Virus record (IMG/VR): IMGVR_UViG_3300031972_001807
Location: 1-39,908 of that record
Length of the DNA stretch: 39,908 nucleotides
Origin: a virus
Taxonomy: Duplodnaviria; Caudoviricetes
Reading direction: 5' to 3' (one strand)
Both the position numbers and the translations under genes were made by a program. Shown here piece after piece: positions 33,885 to 39,908 of the stretch. How positions within the stretch are numbered: position 1 is the first letter of the stretch; each line of letters begins with the position of its first letter. The notes under the pieces were generated by a model. That model was given only the letters and a program-made list of their open reading frames with translations. It had not been told where the DNA came from and searched no databases.

Positions 33885-34886
33885 TTAATCCTCGATTGTT
33901 TTAGAGTACCATGCATGTGAAACAATGTCCACCTCCATTGGTATCCCGTCGTACCAGTCCTCTTCGCGCATCATGCACTCGCGGAGCCGGGTCTTTGCGG
34001 CGTCGACATTACCAACGTCGCACATCGTGATAACCTCATCGTGGGTGTGACCGACGACAGGCATAAAGTCCAGACCTGGGCAGTCGAGACGCGTCAACGT
34101 GACGCGGAGCATGGATGCGCAGATTGCCTGCGTCACGTTCTCCGCGAGCAGCCCCCTCCACAACCACTTGATACCCTTCTCGCTCATGAACGATAGCTTG
34201 CGTTTCTTCTCGACGATCAGGTCAGGGTCGAAGTCATCGTACGTTATGTGAACGCGATCCTTAACGTCACGGTAAAACAGCGGGCGGCCGTCGGGCAGAT
34301 AGATAACCACCCAGATCTGATCACCTACGAACATGCCTTGGACGTTGACCCGTCCGGCGGGGTGCATCGCACCGTCGGGTGTGTCGACGGCCGCAGTGAA
34401 CGCATCCATCAGGTCATCCCAAAACTCTTCGGCCCATTTGTTGGACGCCCGCCAACGAGATACGATGTCTTCGCTTTCCTGTTGCTCGAAGCTCATACCG
34501 TACCCAGCCGCCATGGACTGCAGCGCACCGGCACCACCGGCGAACCCGAGGGCTAGCTCGGCGATCTTACCCTTCTGCCGCTGCTTGCCGACTTCCTTGT
34601 CACCTTCCCGGCGACGCTTCAGAAGATCGTACGGATCCAGATCATACATCCCGGCCACCGCTTGGATGTAAACGTCGGGTGTGTTGGCTGGGTCTTTGTC
34701 GATCGCCCGGAAGATGTCCAGGCGTTTCTCGTCTTTGGCCAGCCATGGCAGCGCCCGTGCTTCGATGTTAGCCCAGTCACCCCAGACGAATGCCTTGCCT
34801 TCCGGCGCTGTGATGAGGGGCCGGATCAGGCGGCTCAGCGCCTTGCCTGCCGGTGCCCCGAACTGCTCTTCAAAACGTTCAAGCAT
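33885..34886 (-). CDS. Family A DNA polymerase, C-terminal catalytic part
   Basis: Motif A GDWANIEAR, motif B RQKGKIAELALGF, ENVTQ, motif C HTHDEV; own GGAGAG RBS. Confidence 0.92.
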   Translation of the reverse strand: MLERFEEQFGAPAGKALSRLIRPLITAPEGKAFVWGDWANIEARALPWLAKDEKRLDIFRAIDKDPANTPDVYIQAVAGMYDLDPYDLLKRRREGDKEVGKQRQKGKIAELALGFAGGAGALQSMAAGYGMSFEQQESEDIVSRWRASNKWAEEFWDDLMDAFTAAVDTPDGAMHPAGRVNVQGMFVGDQIWVVIYLPDGRPLFYRDVKDRVHITYDDFDPDLIVEKKRKLSFMSEKGIKWLWRGLLAENVTQAICASMLRVTLTRLDCPGLDFMPVVGHTHDEVITMCDVGNVDAAKTRLRECMMREEDWYDGIPMEVDIVSHAWYSKTIED

Positions 34887-36075
34887 GGTTCTCTCCAGCT
34901 TCTATGAGGAAGATGCACGCGTCTTCCTCTTTGTCAGTGTCACCCACGGTGTCGCGGGTCATGTTGTGGACCTGGACGCCTTTGGAGCTGAACCGCCCCG
35001 TCTGCGTCGCGCCGCTGAACACGTACGAGTTCGGCAGTCGCCCGTCTGGCATCACCATATCGAGCACCTTCTGGAACTTAGCCGGTGCAGCCGAGGCTCC
35101 GTACTCGCGTTCCTCGAGGAACCGCTGCACGTTGTACTCGTCGTCGGTGAGACCGTCGCTCTCGTTCAACGTGTTCAAGGCGGCCAGCATCTTAACGATG
35201 ATCGGCCGATCCATCTTCAGCTTGTACTCTTCCTCGCCTGTCTTCAGCGTGCGCTGGGCGATGATCATATGCTGGGCGATCAGCGGGTTGTTACGGACCC
35301 GCTCCCAAACCCACGCGCGTTGGGCGTCATACTGCCGCACGCTGTAGAGCGCACCGTCCGTGATCTCTCGGACCCGGTCGTTGGTCTGTTCAGCGTACGC
35401 TGCAGCCACCGCCGCACCGCCCCGCGCCATGTCCAAATCGACCGGCAGCCCGCGATCGTTGATGCGCTCGCTCGTCCAGTATTCCCGCCATATGGCGAAC
35501 GGTACGGCGAAGGTTGCCGCAGCGACCAGCTGCATCTGACTGACATCGATGTCAGCATACTCGCAGAACTGCGCCCACTTCTCGGGCTCTTCGTCCGGCG
35601 TTGCGCCATCAACAGGGCAGAACAAACGAATGAGAGCCTTGCCCATACCGAGCTTACCTTCATACCCGCAGCTCTTCGCCGCGCGGTCGAGACCCAGCGG
35701 TATGTTGTTGAACGACGCCTGAACCATCATGTCGAGCCAGGCGTCAACACCTGCATTGAAGTACCGATCGAGCACAGCCCGGTCGAACGCCGCGTGCCAG
35801 GCCGCGAAGTAACCCGTCTCGGCCCACATAAGCAGCTCTTCGGGTAGGTCCTCACGTGTCGGCGGCTGGTCGAACCGCGTCCATTCCCACCGTTTCACCG
35901 GGCCGTCAAGATCGTAAGCCCAGGTGATGATGATGGGGAACGCCTGCGCGGCGTAGCGACGGGTCGACGTGTTCATCACGTTGGTGTCGGGCGTGTCTCC
36001 CGGCATCGTCGACCGCGTCTCGCAGTCGATGAAGCATATGTCGGACCACGGTATGACATCAGTAACATCAAGCAT
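34879..36075 (-). CDS. Family A DNA polymerase, N-terminal part (3'-5' exonuclease and thumb)
   Basis: ExoI IDCETRS, ExoII AWHAAFD, ExoIII YADIDV, INDRGLPVD, TGRFSSKGVQVHN; start set at ATG 36075. Confidence 0.9.
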   Translation of the reverse strand: MLDVTDVIPWSDICFIDCETRSTMPGDTPDTNVMNTSTRRYAAQAFPIIITWAYDLDGPVKRWEWTRFDQPPTREDLPEELLMWAETGYFAAWHAAFDRAVLDRYFNAGVDAWLDMMVQASFNNIPLGLDRAAKSCGYEGKLGMGKALIRLFCPVDGATPDEEPEKWAQFCEYADIDVSQMQLVAAATFAVPFAIWREYWTSERINDRGLPVDLDMARGGAAVAAAYAEQTNDRVREITDGALYSVRQYDAQRAWVWERVRNNPLIAQHMIIAQRTLKTGEEEYKLKMDRPIIVKMLAALNTLNESDGLTDDEYNVQRFLEEREYGASAAPAKFQKVLDMVMPDGRLPNSYVFSGATQTGRFSSKGVQVHNMTRDTVGDTDKEEDACIFLIEAGENHA

Positions 36076-36577
36076 CGTCGGTCCCTGCGATGCGCGCTTC
36101 GATAGCCATGAAGGCAGACACGAAAGTGTCGCGGTCGACGGTTCGGGCGGCGTCCTCGTCATAGTCGTACCCGGGGTCCAGCGTCATGATCATCGCCTCG
36201 TAGACACGGTCGTTAGGTGGTGCGGCTGGGTCGCTTGGCGCGCTGTCAGATAAGCTGACGATACCGTTCGTCACCGCAGACTTGATAAGCTGGTGCGTCA
36301 GCGTGGCTCTGATGACCTCGCCGAACTTCTCGGGCGTCATCCGATCCCGACGCGCGCTCCAGGCGTGGGCGTCCAGGTCTTCTCCGGTCACGGTGGCCCG
36401 GCTACGGACAACGCTCGGCACATAATGGGTCGCACCGTACGCGCGGAGCACACCCCGGGTCATCAGCTCTTGGACCAGGTCCTTAGCTGGCAGACAGCGC
36501 AGTAGGTTTTGCAGCGCCGTGCTCTGTAGCTCATCCTGCTCGGCCGCTTTGCGATCCAGTTCAGCATCGATATTCAT
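36068..36577 (-). CDS. Hypothetical protein
   Basis: GGAGG RBS before ATG 36577; stop overlaps polymerase start. Confidence 0.7.
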   Translation of the reverse strand: MNIDAELDRKAAEQDELQSTALQNLLRCLPAKDLVQELMTRGVLRAYGATHYVPSVVRSRATVTGEDLDAHAWSARRDRMTPEKFGEVIRATLTHQLIKSAVTNGIVSLSDSAPSDPAAPPNDRVYEAMIMTLDPGYDYDEDAARTVDRDTFVSAFMAIEARIAGTDDA

Positions 36578-36609
36578 GGGGTTGTCCTCCGACAAATGTT
36601 TCTGAATAA

Positions 36610-36634
36610 GGTGGGGTACCTTTAGCACCCCACC
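36610..36634 (-). terminator. Hairpin/terminator after SSB-like gene
   Basis: GGTGGGGT...ACCCCACC stem with TTATT following on the - strand. Confidence 0.55.
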
Positions 36635-36653
36635 CTTTTGCTGTCAACGCTGG

Positions 36654-37472
36654 TTAGCGGCGACGGCGGCGGACCGGGGCCTCTTCGACCTCTTCTTCTT
36701 CCGCTTCCTCAGCCTCTTCGGCTTCTTCCTCGCCGAGGTCGTAACCCTCGACCTCTTCGACATCGTCTTCGTCGAGCTCTTCTTCTTCTTCAGGCTCTTC
36801 GACCGGATCAGGTTTCTTTGTGACCTTTTTCCGTTTCTTCGGGGCGGGTTTTTCTTCCTCGACCTCGTCCTCGCCTTCGTACGCACCGTCGACGTCAGCC
36901 CACGCTACGATCTCCAGGATTGGTTTGTACGTTTTCCCCCATTGGGCATGGTCGTACCAATCGTTATTCATCTCGACGATCGGGAAGAGATAGACATCTT
37001 CGCCGCTCTCAAGACGTGCTGTCACCGCATCGAGGATGACGTCCATAGCTTCCAGCCCACCGTTGGATGAGGTGTTATAGGAGAACTCGGGCTGATCACC
37101 GTCAAGGAAACGGCCTTCGATCAACATCTGTTGCTTCCATTCCCACCCAAGATCGGCCAACTCCGAAGGATCGACGCCGCCGAGCGTGGCTAGCTTCATC
37201 TCCTCGCCCATCTTTTCGTTCTTTTTCTTGTCCTTGGCCGGGTAGTCGGTCCAGCAAACGTACCCGCTTTTCAGAGAGGTGATGTTGAGAAGGGCGCGTG
37301 TCCCGTTCCGTGCATCGCCACGTTTACCGAGCGTCCAGTTCCCGTCTTTACCGAAGCTCATGTACTGCTTACCGCCGAACGACGGTAGGCTGTTCTTCAC
37401 GCGCTTCAGACCACCTGCCAAACCGGCAAGCCCGGGGACCGCGTTCTCTTTCTTTGCAACTGCGTTAGCCAT
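36654..37472 (-). CDS. Putative single-stranded DNA-binding protein
   Basis: Between Cas4-like nuclease and polymerase; aromatic-rich core and long acidic tail. Confidence 0.65.
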   Translation of the reverse strand: MANAVAKKENAVPGLAGLAGGLKRVKNSLPSFGGKQYMSFGKDGNWTLGKRGDARNGTRALLNITSLKSGYVCWTDYPAKDKKKNEKMGEEMKLATLGGVDPSELADLGWEWKQQMLIEGRFLDGDQPEFSYNTSSNGGLEAMDVILDAVTARLESGEDVYLFPIVEMNNDWYDHAQWGKTYKPILEIVAWADVDGAYEGEDEVEEEKPAPKKRKKVTKKPDPVEEPEEEEELDEDDVEEVEGYDLGEEEAEEAEEAEEEEVEEAPVRRRRR

Positions 37473-38772
37473 TTGCTTTTTCTTTCTGTGTCATTGCCAG
37501 CAGCGATGCCCCAATAGCTGCAGCTTTTTTGTGTGAAGGATCGGCGGCCTGCCGGGGGTCATCCTCTCGTGTCAGGGTGTAACCCGAAGAGGGTTTCATC
37601 CTGATGTCGTCATCACTCAGCGGTTTAGCCTTCGCTTTCTTCAGCGCGGCGATAGCCTGCGGGGCGGTGATAATCTTCTTTGTGTAGTAGTCCTCCGACT
37701 TCAGGCCGCGGTTGCGCAGCCGGTTTATAATGTGTTGCTCTTCCAGGTCGGGGTTCCATTCTCGGCCTGCCGACTTCTTAGGTACCACTTTGAAATTAGG
37801 AACGTCAAGCCCTGCTTCCAAACGTTCTTGCGTCATGCCTGCGATGTGTTTCGCCCAGGTCTGCGCCATGTCCGCTAGGTCCATAGCTTCGCTGAGGAAC
37901 GCGCCCATGTCCATAGGTTCTTCAGTCAGCTCATGAGTAGGTATCTTGGCCATCTGTTTTGCGTACTTCAGCTCGGCCATCTTCTCACCCAGCGAGGCGG
38001 CTGCTCCGACGTAGAGTTCGCACACGGCTTTGCAGTCGGCGAACTTACACCATGGGCCCTTCTCGATCGGTGCATCCTTGGTCTGCGCCAGGGCGATTGC
38101 TTCCTTCAACTCTTCACCGAAGGCTGCGATATCGTCTAGATCGGTTTCCCAAACGTCGGGGGTGTGATCGTTCACCTGCGGCTGGCTGATGCACAGCATG
38201 ACGCGGTCGATACCGTCAAAGAACTTGGGGAATTTGTGCAGCATGACCGCGAAGTAGAACATCAGCTGCGCGTTCTCTTCAGCCTTTACCGGGCCCCGTC
38301 CGAATTTCCAATCCCAAATTCCGCCGATCTTTCCGCAGCGGAACGGGACGTCGGATGTCCCAAACGCACCGGGGATCCCGGGGAACTCGCCGCTTTCTTC
38401 AACCATATAGACGGCGGGGAGACCTTCTTGGTCCCGTTCGATATCGTTGAGGAAGCCATCAAACATGTCAAGCGCTGGCTGCCCGAGCCGGTACCAAAGG
38501 TCGCTGTCAACCTCCAGTTCCCATGGTTCTTCGTTGCCCTTGGCGGGCTGCTTGTGACGAAAGGGCAAGAGGTCGTCCGGCTCCTTGTTCTCGTCCAAAA
38601 TTTGCGCGATCAATTCGTGCAGCGCGGTGCCCTCGCGAGCGTACGATGAACCTTTCGATTTAGGTGCGATCGCCTCGCGGGCCAGACTGCCGGGGCAGTT
38701 GATGCGTCGGGCGGCGGTGGATCCACCGACCAGCGAGCTATGTTCTGGTGGGGTTGCGGTTGTTTCAGTCAT
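37465..38772 (-). CDS. Cas4-like PD-(D/E)xK exonuclease (DUF2800-like)
   Basis: HS..GGSTAAR..NCPGS, EGTALH, FGTSD, DWKFG, NAQL..Y, WCKFADCKAVC. Confidence 0.88.
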   Translation of the reverse strand: MTETTATPPEHSSLVGGSTAARRINCPGSLAREAIAPKSKGSSYAREGTALHELIAQILDENKEPDDLLPFRHKQPAKGNEEPWELEVDSDLWYRLGQPALDMFDGFLNDIERDQEGLPAVYMVEESGEFPGIPGAFGTSDVPFRCGKIGGIWDWKFGRGPVKAEENAQLMFYFAVMLHKFPKFFDGIDRVMLCISQPQVNDHTPDVWETDLDDIAAFGEELKEAIALAQTKDAPIEKGPWCKFADCKAVCELYVGAAASLGEKMAELKYAKQMAKIPTHELTEEPMDMGAFLSEAMDLADMAQTWAKHIAGMTQERLEAGLDVPNFKVVPKKSAGREWNPDLEEQHIINRLRNRGLKSEDYYTKKIITAPQAIAALKKAKAKPLSDDDIRMKPSSGYTLTREDDPRQAADPSHKKAAAIGASLLAMTQKEKANG

Positions 38773-39010
38773 TGTTGGTTTCTCCGTTCTTCGTCTTTGC
38801 GATGCGGTTCAGCTGCGAGGCGACGTTATGTATCCGCCCGGCGCGCAGCTTCTGCACCCGTTTACGTTTCTGTTTGGCGGTGATCTGGGGCCGAGGTGGG
38901 TAGTCGTCGAACCCGCTAAAGCACCGATCAATCATACTGTCGATGAGGTAGTCGGCGTACTCACCCACGGCCGCGCACCCGTCGCCGAGGGTTATCACCT
39001 GACGCCGCAT
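38765..39010 (-). CDS. Hypothetical protein
   Basis: Stop overlaps nuclease start; basic C-terminus. Confidence 0.5.
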   Translation of the reverse strand: MRRQVITLGDGCAAVGEYADYLIDSMIDRCFSGFDDYPPRPQITAKQKRKRVQKLRAGRIHNVASQLNRIAKTKNGETNND

Positions 39011-39287
39011 CCGAGGCGCGCTGCAACGACGCGACGGCGGTCTCTACGTACCGGATCGCCTGCAGGTTATCCGCGGACATAGCGTTGCCGGTCGCAGCGA
39101 TAGTCATGACCACGCGGCGGCGTGTCACAGGAATACGGAGCAGGCCTGGCTCGACCCACTCGGACACGATCTCGATACGGCGCAGCGCGCGCTTGAATGG
39201 GCTGTTGTAGACCAGCCGGTAGCTTATGGTGCGCGATGTGCTCGCAGGGTTATGCTTCGGGGTCTGTATATGGTGGCGGTACATCAT
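38961..39287 (-). CDS. Hypothetical protein
   Basis: AGGAG RBS; ATGA overlap with HNH gene. Confidence 0.55.
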   Translation of the reverse strand: MMYRHHIQTPKHNPASTSRTISYRLVYNSPFKRALRRIEIVSEWVEPGLLRIPVTRRRVVMTIAATGNAMSADNLQAIRYVETAVASLQRASDAASGDNPRRRVRGRG

Positions 39288-39598
39288 GGTTTAGATCTCC
39301 TTTTCTTTAGTCGCTGGTTCTGTAGATGGGTCACCATTTGCAGGTGTTCGGGGTTACAGCAGCGCCGATTATTGCACTTGTGATCGACCTGCTTCTTGCC
39401 GGGTACGAACCCGAAAAAGTGGGTGAACATCACCTTATGGACCGAGACTGTCTGCCCGTCAAGTGACATGCGCCCGTATCCGCCGCCGCGACCGTCGCCC
39501 GATGTCGGACCTAGCCAGTTCCAGCACCCGTCCTCGACGTCCTCGACATGGACACGTTCCATGATCTTGAGGTATATGGCGCGGCGGCGGTCGCTCAT
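39284..39598 (-). CDS. HNH endonuclease
   Basis: CWNWLG, GYG, VHK, VDHKCNNRRCCNPEHL..VTHLQN. Confidence 0.9.
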   Translation of the reverse strand: MSDRRRAIYLKIMERVHVEDVEDGCWNWLGPTSGDGRGGGYGRMSLDGQTVSVHKVMFTHFFGFVPGKKQVDHKCNNRRCCNPEHLQMVTHLQNQRLKKRRSKP

Positions 39599-39891
39599 AC
39601 CGACGCAGACCCGCCTTGAACGAAGCTCCGCATCGCATGGATCTTACGGCCAGTGCGCCGAGCCTTCATCTCTTGCCGGAACTCGGCCCGTGCCTGCTGG
39701 CGGGTGTACTTCCCACCCATAGGGATGTGAGCCTGCTCTTCCCGGCGCGCAGCCAGACGTTTCCGCGCGCGCTCGACGCCGTGGCCAGGTGCCGAAGGGC
39801 CAGTACCGCCGAAGCGGAGATTGTGCCCGGCGTTCTTCATACCCATGACAGCATGGGCGATGGCTGCGAAGTATTTACTCGGTGTGAACAT
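39595..39891 (-). CDS. Basic hypothetical protein
   Basis: AAGGAG RBS; ATGA overlap with HNH gene. Confidence 0.65.
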   Translation of the reverse strand: MFTPSKYFAAIAHAVMGMKNAGHNLRFGGTGPSAPGHGVERARKRLAARREEQAHIPMGGKYTRQQARAEFRQEMKARRTGRKIHAMRSFVQGGSASV

Positions 39892-39908
39892 TGTCTTCTC
39901 TCCTTGGT

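Noticed and set aside
34879-34886. Intron or intein explaining the polymerase break
   Set aside because: The halves overlap with no intervening sequence, and no intein terminal motifs are visible.
34681-35847. 388-aa + strand ORF across the polymerase split
   Set aside because: Antisense shadow of the polymerase; not a homing endonuclease or intein.
37465-38772. Cas4-like gene as sign of a CRISPR system
   Set aside because: No repeat-spacer array or other cas genes; solo Cas4-like nucleases are standard in this replication module.
1-39908. Lysogeny module or tRNA genes
   Set aside because: No integrase, repressor or cloverleaf recognised; lifestyle cannot be settled because part of the genome is missing.

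Overview
Nearly complete genome of a GC-rich short-tailed (podovirus-type) dsDNA phage, probably of an Alphaproteobacterium (inferred from apparent GANTC depletion and leaderless-type promoters). The + strand carries the end of a SNF2-like helicase, a primase-polymerase/helicase, an AT-rich putative origin, small early genes, terminase, a BPP-1/epsilon15-type head and tail module, ejection proteins (one with a lytic transglycosylase domain; one of 2136 aa with ADP-ribosyltransferase-like and zincin domains), a tail spike with a peptidase-G2 chaperone, a lysis cassette and a two-gene accessory operon. The - strand carries an HNH nuclease, a Cas4-like nuclease, an SSB-like protein, a family A DNA polymerase split into two coupled ORFs, an HD nucleotidase and a DUF5664-type dNTP diphosphohydrolase. 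The best candidate for a novel system is the split PolA with an unusual motif B beside two nucleotide-pool-editing enzymes, with no purZ in view. No integrase, tRNA or CRISPR array was recognised. Family names come from motifs read by eye, not from database searches.
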